A program made the translations under genes and the position numbers. From a virus (lineage: Duplodnaviria > Caudoviricetes), in IMG/VR virus record IMGVR_UViG_3300045243_000058, positions 1,153 through 65,152 of that record: a DNA stretch of 64,000 bases; one strand, 5' to 3'. Shown here piece after piece: positions 17,107 to 26,933 of this stretch; the stretch's first letter is position 1, and each line of letters opens with the position of its first letter. The notes below the pieces were generated by a model. It was not told the origin of the DNA. It saw nothing but the letters and a program-made list of their open reading frames with translations, and did no database searches.

Positions 17107-19214
17107 TGGCCCTGGAAGAAATCGGTCTCAGTCCGCAGGAAGCCACCTCCAGTCTGCCGACCTTCTCCGCGGCGCGGTCGTGGCAGAAGTTCCCCCTCGT
17201 CGGGCCGCTCAACGACCGTCTCGCGACGCTCGTCTCGACGCGCGCGAAGGACTCGCTCAACTACTGCCAGTCCCGGTTCGAGCGGTTCGCCAGGTACGAC
17301 AAGATCCTCCAGATGATGTCGAAGCGGAAGCCGTACGAGTGGAAGGCGAACGTCTTCCTGCCCTACGCGCTCATGGCCGCCGAGCAGAGCGCCGCGATCA
17401 AGTTCAAGCGCATGATGCAGCAGCAGCCCATCGTGCCGATCGACCCGCACAAGGGCGGCATCCCGGAGGTCGCCGACCACCGCGAGGCGCTCCTCGGCTG
17501 GCACTTCGACAACGACCTCGCCTTGAACATCACGCTCCCGGACATCCTGAGAAGCTGCGAGCGGTACGGGAAGGCCGTCGCGCTCATCGCCCCCGACTGG
17601 GACCTCAAGACCATCCGCTACCGCGAGAAGGTGAACATCCCGACGTCCTTCGGGCCGATCGCGCGCATGGAGTGGAAGACGACGACGGAGCGCGCCTACC
17701 GCCTGCGCCTCCAGTCTCTCGACCTCGTGGGCCTCCGTCCGCAGCCCGGGCGCCAGACGATCAACGGTCCCGACGGGATGGACTGGTTCTGCCGCGAGTA
17801 CTACCAGCCGCTCGAAGACATCGAGTCGATGGAGCAGGACGGACTCTGGGGCCCGATGGTCGGCGGCCAGCCCTCGCAGGCCATCACGACGAGCCAGGAG
17901 CAGCCGGTCAACGAGTGGGTGCAGCGACGCCTGATGCTCCTGAACCGGACGACCATCGACTTTGCGTCGGACCAGTTTGATCGGTACGTGAAGATCGTCG
18001 AGTACCAGGGCTTCGTGCCGGAGGAGTGCATCGACCCGACTCTGGCGCAGATGGAATTGCAGGCCGGCCTCGACCCGCGCTATCGCCTTATCACCTGCGT
18101 CAACGAGAAGGTCATCGGCATCAACCAGGCGCTCCCGTGGGACCACGGGTACAAGTCGTTCGTCGAGATGGACTGCATCCCGAACGTCGGCGACTTCTGG
18201 AGCGTCGGCAAGGTCGAGCCCATCGAGCACCTCGTCTACGCCGGGAACGAGATCCTGAACATGCGCATCGACAACGTGAAGGCCGCGATCAACGGCCTCA
18301 TCGGGGTCGACGGGACGCGGATGCCGCCCGGGTGGAAGAAGAAACTCATCAGCCAGCCGTTCGGTGTGCACGAGGTTCTCGGGATCCCGAGCGAGATCAT
18401 GCAGCGTCTCCAGCTCGGGGACGTGACGGCGAGCTCCTACAAGGAGCAGGACCAGATTTTCGGCCTCATCCAGGAAGCCGACTCGGTGAACGAGACGCTC
18501 CTCGGATCCCCGGGTGGGGCCGTGCGCACGCTCGGCGAGCAGCAGTTGAAAGCCGGCGCCGCCGGAACGCGGCTCGACTTCGAGTTGTCGCGCCAGTCGG
18601 CGCAGTTCCTCTCCGCGTCGCGCCAGCGCCCCGGGCTTATCTACATGACCCTGATGCTCGACCGCCAGTACATGCCGCTCGGGCAACTGTTCAGCATCAT
18701 GGACCCGGACGTCCCGGACGCGATGACGCAGTTCTCGCTCGAGCCGGCCGACCTGTCCGACGACCTCGAAAAGTACTCGTTCATGTACCCGGGTACGCCG
18801 CAGGCCCAGGCGGTCGCCGATCGGCGCATGGAGTTGATGAACCTGATGCAGATCCTCGCGCCGTTCATCCCTATGCTCGCGAGCGGTGGCGTCGACCTTC
18901 TCGACCTCATCAAGCAGATCATGAGAGCGCACAACGTCGACACGAGCCGGATCTTCCGCGGCGCGCAGATGCCGCAGTTGCCGCCCGGGATGCCGGGCGA
19001 GGCGCCGGGCGGACAGCCGGGAATGCCGATGCTCCCGCCACCGCCGGGCGGCGGGAACGTGACGCCGATGCGCGGCCGCGGCGTCGCCGGCGGCCCGATG
19101 CGCCCCGACCAGCGCGCGCGCCCCGGCGCCATCGTCGCGCCGCCGTGGGCCGGGTCGGGCATGGGTCCGGGCGGGTTCCAGCGCATCTCGAACGGAGGAC
19201 CGAATGTCGGATAG
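17106..19214 (+). CDS. Portal protein (P22/SU10-like)
   Basis: 702 aa between TerL and scaffold; WKANVFLP, RYGKAV, FWSVG..E....L...N...NMRIDNV, Pro/Gly/Met-rich tail. Confidence 0.88.
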   Translation: MALEEIGLSPQEATSSLPTFSAARSWQKFPLVGPLNDRLATLVSTRAKDSLNYCQSRFERFARYDKILQMMSKRKPYEWKANVFLPYALMAAEQSAAIKFKRMMQQQPIVPIDPHKGGIPEVADHREALLGWHFDNDLALNITLPDILRSCERYGKAVALIAPDWDLKTIRYREKVNIPTSFGPIARMEWKTTTERAYRLRLQSLDLVGLRPQPGRQTINGPDGMDWFCREYYQPLEDIESMEQDGLWGPMVGGQPSQAITTSQEQPVNEWVQRRLMLLNRTTIDFASDQFDRYVKIVEYQGFVPEECIDPTLAQMELQAGLDPRYRLITCVNEKVIGINQALPWDHGYKSFVEMDCIPNVGDFWSVGKVEPIEHLVYAGNEILNMRIDNVKAAINGLIGVDGTRMPPGWKKKLISQPFGVHEVLGIPSEIMQRLQLGDVTASSYKEQDQIFGLIQEADSVNETLLGSPGGAVRTLGEQQLKAGAAGTRLDFELSRQSAQFLSASRQRPGLIYMTLMLDRQYMPLGQLFSIMDPDVPDAMTQFSLEPADLSDDLEKYSFMYPGTPQAQAVADRRMELMNLMQILAPFIPMLASGGVDLLDLIKQIMRAHNVDTSRIFRGAQMPQLPPGMPGEAPGGQPGMPMLPPPPGGGNVTPMRGRGVAGGPMRPDQRARPGAIVAPPWAGSGMGPGGFQRISNGGPNVG

Positions 19215-19518
19215 CGCGGAAGACCTCGACGACCTGCGCGAGGAGTACTTCATGCTCCAGACGCCGGGGTATCAGCGCCGCGCCGCACGGATGCTGGCGC
19301 GCTACCAGGACTACTCTGATAAGTTGACCCTCGGTCTCGTCGAGCCGCACGACCCGGAGGCCCTGAGGCTCCAGGGTCGCTGCAAGGAAATCAAGGAACT
19401 GTTCGAGGTGGACAAAGCAGTCGAGGCGGCGTGGGAAGCGCACGTCAGGCCGCCCGAGGAAGAGAACCTCCCCGACGAGGGAGGCCCGGTCGCCCCCGCG
19501 TACGAAGCGGCGGGATAG
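19204..19518 (+). CDS. Small helical protein downstream of portal
   Basis: LQTPGY...RLQGRCKEI pattern in the typical post-portal position. Confidence 0.7.
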   Translation: MSDSAEDLDDLREEYFMLQTPGYQRRAARMLARYQDYSDKLTLGLVEPHDPEALRLQGRCKEIKELFEVDKAVEAAWEAHVRPPEEENLPDEGGPVAPAYEAAG

Positions 19519-19526
19519 GAGACGAC

Positions 19527-19844
19527 ATGACGGACCTGATGCACCGAATCCAGGTGGGCCGAGAGGGTCAGCAGATCCGCCAGATTGTCCACGGCAACCT
19601 GACCATCAACACCGGCGGCGTCGCGGCCGGAGCCGTCGCCTCCGCGAGCGCCGCGGCGGCCGGCCTGCGTACCGACATGAGGATATTCCACACGACGCGC
19701 GGCCAGCAGCAGAGCCCGTACGTCGCCGTGACCGGGACGCAGTGTGACGCCGACGACACGATCACGATCTGGATGGTCAACTCGACGACCGCGAACGCGA
19801 CCGCATCCTCGGCGCTCTCTCTGGACTACCTGGCGCTGCGGTGA
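19527..19844 (+). CDS. Putative capsid decoration protein, paralog A
   Basis: AGGAG SD; Ala/Thr/Ser-rich; ends ...VNSTTA...YLALR like the three genes at 22992-24162. Confidence 0.65.
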   Translation: MTDLMHRIQVGREGQQIRQIVHGNLTINTGGVAAGAVASASAAAAGLRTDMRIFHTTRGQQQSPYVAVTGTQCDADDTITIWMVNSTTANATASSALSLDYLALR

Positions 19845-20035
19845 ACGAGGACCTGACTTGCGCTATCTGGGACGACGAGCCGGAGCGTCTCTCCATCGAG
19901 GAGGAGCGGGCGCGAGCGGCCGTCGAAGATGCGCAGGACGCGCACGACGAGCGTATCAGTCGGATGCTCTTCGAGAGGTTCGGAGCGCACTTCGACAGGC
20001 GCGGGAACGTCGTCATTCCGTTCAAGGTCTATTGA
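19841..20035 (+). CDS. Small acidic protein
   Basis: GTGA overlap with paralog A. Confidence 0.5.
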   Translation: MNEDLTCAIWDDEPERLSIEEERARAAVEDAQDAHDERISRMLFERFGAHFDRRGNVVIPFKVY

Positions 20036-20060
20036 CACGCGGAAATTGCGTGAGTAGGTT
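20032..20060 (+). promoter_or_regulatory. Promoter TTGACA-17-TAGGTT for scaffold/capsid
   Basis: Consensus -35 and 17-bp spacer; overlapping CACGC-N7-GCGTG palindrome. Confidence 0.75.
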
Positions 20061-20113
20061 GACCCCGAAGTCCTGAGCCCCCGGCGTAGCCGGACACGGC
20101 GAAAGGAATCTGG

Positions 20114-21298
20114 ATGCCCCAGGGAAACGTCAGACCCTCAAGTTTCAACGAGCTCCCCGAACTCGGACAGGGTGAAATCGCAAGGCTCGAGACGAGCGCG
20201 CCGGGGGTCGACCTCGAGGCGCTCGCCGACGCCTTCAGCATGGGCGGTCACAAGCCCATGGACAATCCCATCTTCGGGGGACAGCGTCCGCAGGCAGTCC
20301 AACCGCAGGAACAGCCGCAGCCGCAGCCCGTCGCCACGGCCCCGGCTCCTGCACCTCAGCAGCCGCCAGCCGCGCAGGCCCCGGTCCAACCGGACACGCC
20401 CGCCGCCGCTCCGGCGTGGGGAGTGGCACCTCCATCTCCCGGAGTCCTCACTCCGGAAGAGATGCAGCAGCGGGTCAACACCGTGCTCCAGAAGTACGGC
20501 GGCGATCCGCAGGCGACCGCAAGAGCGTACGTCGAGGTCACACGCAAGGCCACCGAGCTCGGGCAGAACAACGCCGCGCTCGTGGGGGCTCTCGGCCCCC
20601 TGTACCAGGAGATCACCAATCTCCGGGACATGGTCGCGCGCGTGACGGCTCCGGTGGCACCGGCCGGTGTTCCCGGCTACCAGCCGCCGCAGCGCCCGCC
20701 CTCCGACCCCAACATGCCAGGGGCCGACAGCGCGAGCGCCGACGAGTTCCTCCGCGATCCGCGGGGCAACGTCGCTCAAGTGGTCCGCGAGGTGTTCCGC
20801 ACAGAGATGGCGACATTCACGCAGGCGCAGAGACAGGCCGAGGCCGAGCGCAAGGCGACCGACGACTACTACGCGGTGTACAACCAGAACCGCGCGGAAG
20901 CGGAGGCCCTTCGTCCGGTCATGGACCAAATCTACGCCCAGAACGCAACGGCCTTCCAGAGAATCCCTCCCGCCGAACGGCTCACCATGCTCATTCAGAT
21001 GGCGCGCGACCGCGTGGACGGGTGGAACGGCCGGCAGGCGATCCAGGAAGTGCAGGGCATCTTCAGCGCGAACGGCGGGGCCGCCACGGCTCCCCCGGGA
21101 ACGTCGGGAGCCCTCCCGTCCGGGATGCCGGCGCGTGGCGTGCCAGGCGCACAAGCACCGCGTCCCGGGGACCTGTCCAGAACGCCGGCCATGCAGCGGC
21201 TCTGGAGAGCGCCCGGGAACAGTCTCGAGGAGGACCGTGCCGTCATGGACGTCTTCCGCGAGCGCGGGCACTTCGCCAATCTCGCTCCACGTTACTGA
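20114..21298 (+). CDS. Capsid scaffolding protein
   Basis: Pro/Gln-rich N-terminus, KY...ARAY.E..RK and EFLRDP motifs, directly upstream of the capsid gene. Confidence 0.75.
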   Translation: MPQGNVRPSSFNELPELGQGEIARLETSAPGVDLEALADAFSMGGHKPMDNPIFGGQRPQAVQPQEQPQPQPVATAPAPAPQQPPAAQAPVQPDTPAAAPAWGVAPPSPGVLTPEEMQQRVNTVLQKYGGDPQATARAYVEVTRKATELGQNNAALVGALGPLYQEITNLRDMVARVTAPVAPAGVPGYQPPQRPPSDPNMPGADSASADEFLRDPRGNVAQVVREVFRTEMATFTQAQRQAEAERKATDDYYAVYNQNRAEAEALRPVMDQIYAQNATAFQRIPPAERLTMLIQMARDRVDGWNGRQAIQEVQGIFSANGGAATAPPGTSGALPSGMPARGVPGAQAPRPGDLSRTPAMQRLWRAPGNSLEEDRAVMDVFRERGHFANLAPRY

Positions 21299-21310
21299 GG
21301 AGTACACCCC

Positions 21311-22324
21311 ATGGGTGCCGTTGCCGACTCCTATACCTTGGGAGTATCGGGAGGGGCCTACATCGGCGCAGCGGTCCACGAGGACCTGCTCGACGTCGTC
21401 ACCCTCCTGAGTCCGACCGACACGCCGCTCTTCACCATGATGCGCAAGACGAAGGTGAAGAACGCCGAAGTCTCCTGGCTGGTCGACAAACTCCAGACCG
21501 CGTCCTCGAACGCGGTCGTCGAAGGATCGACCGCCGCCTTCAACACGATCCAGGCCCGTGCCCGACTCACGAATTACGTCCAGACCTCGCGCCACGCCTA
21601 CGAGGTCACGGACACCATGCGCGCGATCGACCCCGCCGGTATCCAGGACGAGTTCCTGTACCAGATGGGGAAGGCCGCGAAGCAATGGAAGCGCGACGTC
21701 GAGTACGACATCGTGAACCAGAGCGCCTTCTCCGGCATCGGCGTCACCGGCGCCGGCACCGGGCAGGCGCGCTCCATCCAGGGCATCTACAACTGGCTGG
21801 TCCTCACCGCCGGCTCCGGGAACTCCAGCGGCGTCACCGGCTCGAACACCGCGAACCTGATCCAGGAGGCGGACTTCAACGCCCGTCTCCAGGCTCTCTG
21901 GGTGAACGGCGGGATGGCCGACTACGTCGTCTGCACCCCGAACACCAAGGGGCAGGTGAGCTCCAACTTCTCCGGCTCGGCCAACAGCCGGCGCAACATC
22001 CCGATGACCGAGAACACGGTCATCAACGTGATCGACTACTACTTCTCGGACTTCGGGAACGTCAAGCTGCTCCCGCATCGCTGGTTCAGCTCGGCGGCTC
22101 CGACCGGGTCCGTGAACATCCAGAGGGCGACGCTCTTCCTCCAGTCGGACATGTGGATGATCGGCATCCTCCGACCGCCGAAGAACGTCCCGCTCGCCAA
22201 GCTCGGGTCGTCCGAGCGGGCGATGATCGAGGGGGACTGGACGCTCATCTGCCGGCACCCCTCGGCCAACGCGGCACTGACCGGACACGCTTCGGGCGTG
22301 GGGCCGAATCTCTCGACCTCGTAG
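21311..22324 (+). CDS. Major capsid protein (SU10/DUF5309-like)
   Basis: EDLLDVVTLLSPTDTPL, WLVDKL, NYVQ, KRDVEY, YFSDFGNV, LAKLGSSERAMIEGDWTL. Confidence 0.92.
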   Translation: MGAVADSYTLGVSGGAYIGAAVHEDLLDVVTLLSPTDTPLFTMMRKTKVKNAEVSWLVDKLQTASSNAVVEGSTAAFNTIQARARLTNYVQTSRHAYEVTDTMRAIDPAGIQDEFLYQMGKAAKQWKRDVEYDIVNQSAFSGIGVTGAGTGQARSIQGIYNWLVLTAGSGNSSGVTGSNTANLIQEADFNARLQALWVNGGMADYVVCTPNTKGQVSSNFSGSANSRRNIPMTENTVINVIDYYFSDFGNVKLLPHRWFSSAAPTGSVNIQRATLFLQSDMWMIGILRPPKNVPLAKLGSSERAMIEGDWTLICRHPSANAALTGHASGVGPNLSTS

Positions 22325-22346
22325 CCTGAGCAGTACCCCGACCAGT

Positions 22347-22380
22347 ACCCCGGAGGGGGCGCGACCCCTCCGGGGTCTTC
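22347..22380 (+). terminator. Terminator hairpin after the capsid gene
   Basis: ACCCCGGAGGGG/CCCCTCCGGGGT stem with a weak U-tract. Confidence 0.7.
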
Positions 22381-22393
22381 ACCGGGAGGCCCG

Positions 22394-22984
22394 ATGTCGA
22401 CCGAGAACCGCAGCCCGAGTTACAACGCCCTTCGCGACTTCGTGCGCAAGTGGACCTCGACCACGAAGGAAGGCGACTTCGCGCGCCAGAACGCGCGCCT
22501 GTGGTCGCGCCGCGGCGACGCCTCCCATGTGTTCGACGACGATCACTGGACGAACTGGAAGGACTGGTGGCTGGAGAACCGGAACAATCTCGCCGTCGCC
22601 AGGGAGAACGTGGCGTGCCAGGAAGCCTTCCGCACCGGCGTCGCCCCCGAGGGCCTGCGGTTCCAGAGATTCTGCCGGATCCCCACCGGATACCACTTCC
22701 GGCGCATCGCGGAGACCGGCAACCCGGAGTACTGGAACGACCGCGTGACCGTGCTGCGGGAGGTCATGGAGAACCCGTGGTTCGCGACAGTCCCGCTCGA
22801 TCGCATCCGGGCGGAACTGGAGAACGTGATGCCCAAGGGGAAGACGATCGCTGTCTACGACGCGATGGGGAACCCGGTCAAGACGGCCGAGGAGAGCGCC
22901 GCCGACGAGCCCGTGGCCGTCATTCCGGTGCCGATGAACGTGACCGACTTGAGTGCTGCGTCCGATTCCATTTCGGCCGCGTGA
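22394..22984 (+). CDS. Hypothetical head-module protein
   Basis: GGAGG SD; high GC3. Confidence 0.75.
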   Translation: MSTENRSPSYNALRDFVRKWTSTTKEGDFARQNARLWSRRGDASHVFDDDHWTNWKDWWLENRNNLAVARENVACQEAFRTGVAPEGLRFQRFCRIPTGYHFRRIAETGNPEYWNDRVTVLREVMENPWFATVPLDRIRAELENVMPKGKTIAVYDAMGNPVKTAEESAADEPVAVIPVPMNVTDLSAASDSISAA

Positions 22985-22991
22985 GGAGAAC

Positions 22992-23357
22992 ATGCCCAAC
23001 TTCCCAGAGGGACTCATGGTCATGCCGCCGGGGACGCTCATTGTGGGCGACCGCGACGAGTCGACGAAGATCCTCGAGATCGTCTGGGGACAGGTGACGC
23101 TTGCATTCCCGATTGCCGCCCCGTTCGGAGTGGTCAGCGCGACCGCTGCTCTTGCCGCGATCGACACCGGCAAGTCCGGGACCTGGGAGGTCTTCGCCTC
23201 GTGGATGGGCGGCTACGCGGACGGCATGTTCACGGACATCGTCGCGGCCATCGCAACGGCCGGCGGCATCCTCGCGAGCGGACTGAATCTCTCGACGTCG
23301 GTGACGGCGTCGGCGACCACGGCCAGGACGGCGATGGTTCTCGCCATCCGGCACTGA
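22992..23357 (+). CDS. Putative capsid decoration protein, paralog B
   Basis: GAGGAG SD; ends ...NLSTS...LAIRH. Confidence 0.65.
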   Translation: MPNFPEGLMVMPPGTLIVGDRDESTKILEIVWGQVTLAFPIAAPFGVVSATAALAAIDTGKSGTWEVFASWMGGYADGMFTDIVAAIATAGGILASGLNLSTSVTASATTARTAMVLAIRH

Positions 23358-23367
23358 GGAGCCAGCC

Positions 23368-23754
23368 ATGAAAATCGACGAAGACGTCATCATCGAGCCC
23401 CCCGGGTGCATCCGGTTCGCCGAGAACGAACTCGCCTACGAGATCCACGAGATCCTCTGCGGCCAGGCGGCGCTCACCTACGGATCGATCGCGGCGAACG
23501 GGGCCTCGGCGACGGCGACGGCGAGCCTTCCGGCGGCTACCCTGACGACCCGAGGGAACCAGGTCGCCAACCTCGCGTGGGACGTCTGGCTCTCTCCGAT
23601 CACGCAGGCCGACCAGGTGTCCATCGAGTGCGGGGCGATTTCGAGCGAGGGAGTCCTCATGGCGACGGCGGTGAATCACAGCACGGCCGCGGTCAACACG
23701 GGCGCCCGGACCGTCTCGTACCTCGCCATCCGCTCGAAGCGAGCGGCGGACTGA
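23368..23754 (+). CDS. Putative capsid decoration protein, paralog C
   Basis: GAGGAG SD; ends ...VNHSTA...YLAIRS. Confidence 0.65.
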   Translation: MKIDEDVIIEPPGCIRFAENELAYEIHEILCGQAALTYGSIAANGASATATASLPAATLTTRGNQVANLAWDVWLSPITQADQVSIECGAISSEGVLMATAVNHSTAAVNTGARTVSYLAIRSKRAAD

Positions 23755-23763
23755 GGAGGAACG

Positions 23764-24162
23764 ATGCCCACGATCATCCGGGAGAAGCTCATCCTGAACG
23801 GCGGTGATGGAGGCGACCGGGTTCGCCTTCGTGTCGGACCGGCGGACGATGCCCACGACATCCGCGGTCTGATGCTGCACCGCGAGGTCAACAATGCCAG
23901 GAATCTCGGCTTCGGAAACATGACCCCGGGGGCCGGGGCGACCGCCGCGTCGGCCGCGGTGCAGTCTGGCCCATCGTGGAACGCCGGCCTATCGCTACTC
24001 CTGCGTCCCTCCCCGCAGGCGAACCCGTTCTCTATCTACGGCGTGGCCCGATTCGTGGCCGTCGTCCCGAACGCGACCGGGATTCTCGCCACCGCTTTCA
24101 ACCCGAACACGGCCTCTAAGACCCTCACTCTTCCGGGATTGATGTCCCTCGCCATTCGCTGA
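23764..24162 (+). CDS. Putative capsid decoration protein, paralog D
   Basis: GAGGAGG SD; ends ...FNPNTA...SLAIR. Confidence 0.65.
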   Translation: MPTIIREKLILNGGDGGDRVRLRVGPADDAHDIRGLMLHREVNNARNLGFGNMTPGAGATAASAAVQSGPSWNAGLSLLLRPSPQANPFSIYGVARFVAVVPNATGILATAFNPNTASKTLTLPGLMSLAIR

Positions 24163-24171
24163 AAGGAGCCC

Positions 24172-26178
24172 ATGAACGCAGGAGACAAGGTCTCGGTCGT
24201 CATCCCCACCCGCGGTCTCTCCGACATGCTCGCGAACTGCCTTCGGAGCCTCGCGGCCTTCTGGCCGTCGCTCGAAGTCATCGTCGTCGAGCACGACACC
24301 CATGACGCGAAGGAGCTGCTCGAGGAGACGTTCCCGAACGGGATCTACGTGCAGGCGCTCGACGAGGACGCCCCGAAGCGTGGCGAAGGGAAACCGGCGG
24401 GTCACTCCTACTCGACCCTGAACAACCTCGGGGTGGCGAAGGCGACGCGGCCGTACGTTCTCCTGATGAACAACGACGTCACGGCGCGCAAGGGCGCGCT
24501 CGACGCGATGGTCGAGGTGCTCGACTCCAAGGCGGATGTCGGCATCGTCGGCGCGAAGCTCCTGACCCCGAAGAACAAGATCCAGCACATCGGCGTCGTG
24601 TTCGACCACTTCGGCGTCCCGGGGCACCTCGCCTACGGGCAGGAGCACGAGCGCACCTATCTGCCGGCGTGGCGCAGCGAGTACTACGACGCCGTCACGT
24701 TCGCCGCGGCCATGGTGCGAAAGGATCTGTGGGACGAGATCGGCGGCCTCGACGACGTCTACTTCTTCAACTACGAGGACATCGACTTCTGCCTCAAGGC
24801 GGCGCAGAAGAAGAAGCGGTGCTACGTCACCCAGGTCGCCATCTTCACGCACCTCGAGGGTGGCAGCGCCGAGCACCGTAGGACCGGGCACCACTCGATC
24901 GTGCGAAACCTGACCATCTTCCGCGACCGCTGGATCGAGACCGGGCTCATCGAGGACATCACCGGCCTGAAGCTCAGGACCGGGCAGGGCCCGCTCGCGA
25001 TGGAGAACATGAACCTCATGATGATGCCGAGCGGCCGTGGCGCCGGCGTGTCGTGGTGGCGCATGGACCTCATCGGCCAGAAGATCGCCAAGAAGAAGCT
25101 CGCGAACGTGATGTTCGCCTACTCCAGCGATCCGCGCGAGGTGCTTATGGAGGGCTTCTCGCGCGCCGACGTCGTCATCATCCAGGGCCACCACGGCGGC
25201 GATCTCATCAAGGCGCTGCGGGACCCCGGGCGTCCGTTCAAGGCGGTGTTCGACCACGACGACCACCCGGTCCACTTGAGCCCCTACGCCGAGGTCTACC
25301 GCAGCCTCGGGACGCAGGAGATCCAGCTCGCCGGGAACGACGGCTCCGAGGTCTGGCTCTGGCGCGACGGGCAGAGCGGCTTCGACCTCGCGAAGAACCG
25401 CACGCAGAAGGCCAGCCTCCTCGAAACGATGGCCGCCTGCGACGCCATGACGACGACGACCGTCCCCCTGGCCGATTACTTCCGCTCCATCAATCCCCGG
25501 GTGTTCGTCCTCCCCAACTGCATCGACTTCGACTTCTACCCGCCCGTGTACGACCGTTTCAGACGCGCGCCCGACGATGGCGTGCGGATCGGCTGGTGGG
25601 GCGGTGACAATCACTGGCACGACATGGTCGAGATGGGGCCTTGGACCAAGGACTACGTCAACGGGAGCGACACGGCGAAACTCGTCCTCATCGGCGCCTT
25701 CTACAAGGGGCCGTTCCGCGGCATCGACATGAGCAAGGTCGAGGACCAGACTTGGGTGCACGTCGAGGCGTGGCCGTACAAGCTCGCGACCGCCGGTCTC
25801 GACATCGCCGTCATCCCGCTCGCGAACCCGGCGCAGCCGTTCATGGCGTTCAACCACTTCAAGAGCGACATCAAGTGGCTGGAGGCGGCGGCCTACAAGA
25901 TCCCGTGTCTCGTTCAGGCCGGCGTCGCGCCGTACGAGAGCTGTCTCGACGGAGTCAACGCGCTCACGTTCGCGTCGAAGGACGAGTACCTCGAGAAGCT
26001 CGACCGCCTCGCGAAGGACCCGCTCCTCCGGAAGCGTCTCGGCCAGGCGGCCTACGACTACGCGCGCGAGCACCGCAACCTCGACAAGAACATCGACCTC
26101 TGGATGGAGGCGTACCACCAGCTCGCCAAGGGGCAGCCAGAGGACAGCGCGGCGGCCCCTGAAGCCAAGGTCCCGTGA
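24172..26178 (+). CDS. Two-domain glycosyltransferase (N-terminal GT2 + C-terminal GT-B/GT4-like)
   Basis: VSVVIPT, LLMNND, IVGAKL, YEDIDFCL; then FDHDD, VLPNCID, RIGWWGG, DIAVIPL...FN..KSDIKWLE. Confidence 0.9.
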   Translation: MNAGDKVSVVIPTRGLSDMLANCLRSLAAFWPSLEVIVVEHDTHDAKELLEETFPNGIYVQALDEDAPKRGEGKPAGHSYSTLNNLGVAKATRPYVLLMNNDVTARKGALDAMVEVLDSKADVGIVGAKLLTPKNKIQHIGVVFDHFGVPGHLAYGQEHERTYLPAWRSEYYDAVTFAAAMVRKDLWDEIGGLDDVYFFNYEDIDFCLKAAQKKKRCYVTQVAIFTHLEGGSAEHRRTGHHSIVRNLTIFRDRWIETGLIEDITGLKLRTGQGPLAMENMNLMMMPSGRGAGVSWWRMDLIGQKIAKKKLANVMFAYSSDPREVLMEGFSRADVVIIQGHHGGDLIKALRDPGRPFKAVFDHDDHPVHLSPYAEVYRSLGTQEIQLAGNDGSEVWLWRDGQSGFDLAKNRTQKASLLETMAACDAMTTTTVPLADYFRSINPRVFVLPNCIDFDFYPPVYDRFRRAPDDGVRIGWWGGDNHWHDMVEMGPWTKDYVNGSDTAKLVLIGAFYKGPFRGIDMSKVEDQTWVHVEAWPYKLATAGLDIAVIPLANPAQPFMAFNHFKSDIKWLEAAAYKIPCLVQAGVAPYESCLDGVNALTFASKDEYLEKLDRLAKDPLLRKRLGQAAYDYAREHRNLDKNIDLWMEAYHQLAKGQPEDSAAAPEAKVP

Positions 26179-26924
26179 GCCTGACGATCGCGCTCGCGAC
26201 GGCCTCCCCGACGCCGTCCGCCGGCGACGATTCCTACGGCTCCATGAAGCGCCAGATCGCCGCCATCGCAGGGCGCCAGCGCGACCCGAAGGGGCTCGAC
26301 CTCGCCGGCTCCTTCATCCGCGACCGCATCGACGACCTGAACCGGATGCAGGTCTGGGACTTCAACATCGTCACATCCCCGGACATCACGACGAGCGTCG
26401 GGGTCGCGACCTACGCCATCCCCGGCGACTTCTGGAAGATCTACAACACGCGCAAGACGGACATCATCGACTTCCAGTTGAGCACCATGCGCCAGCGCAC
26501 CTTCGACACGCTGTTCGTTTCCCAGAGGAACATCCAAGGGTATCCGTACATCCTCGTCATCAAGAATACGTTCCGCGGCGGGACCGTGACGCTGTTCCCG
26601 ACGCCGTCGGGCGCGTACACGATCAGCATCAACTACTACAAGCTGATCGCGAAACCGTCTCAGGACGACGACGTGCTCGACATCCCGCAACCGTACCAGG
26701 GCGCCGTGAAGTACCACGCGATGATGCGCATGGCCGCGCTCGCCGGCGACCAGGTCAGCCTCGGAATGTACCGGGACCTTGCGAACGGCGCGTACGCACA
26801 GATGAACAGGGCGGACGACGAGATCCCCGATGAGATGCTGCGATTTGTCCAGGCGGAGGAACTGTCGTACCGAAGTGCCTATATGGACGTGAACGTGAGG
26901 CCGCGCAGCTATGATCTGTGGTGA
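26175..26924 (+). CDS. Head-tail adaptor protein
   Basis: WDF...T...GVATYAIP.DF, LFPTP...YTI...YY and D...IP..Y pattern of podophage adaptors. Confidence 0.75.
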   Translation: MSLTIALATASPTPSAGDDSYGSMKRQIAAIAGRQRDPKGLDLAGSFIRDRIDDLNRMQVWDFNIVTSPDITTSVGVATYAIPGDFWKIYNTRKTDIIDFQLSTMRQRTFDTLFVSQRNIQGYPYILVIKNTFRGGTVTLFPTPSGAYTISINYYKLIAKPSQDDDVLDIPQPYQGAVKYHAMMRMAALAGDQVSLGMYRDLANGAYAQMNRADDEIPDEMLRFVQAEELSYRSAYMDVNVRPRSYDLW

Positions 26925-26933
26925 GGTGATCTG

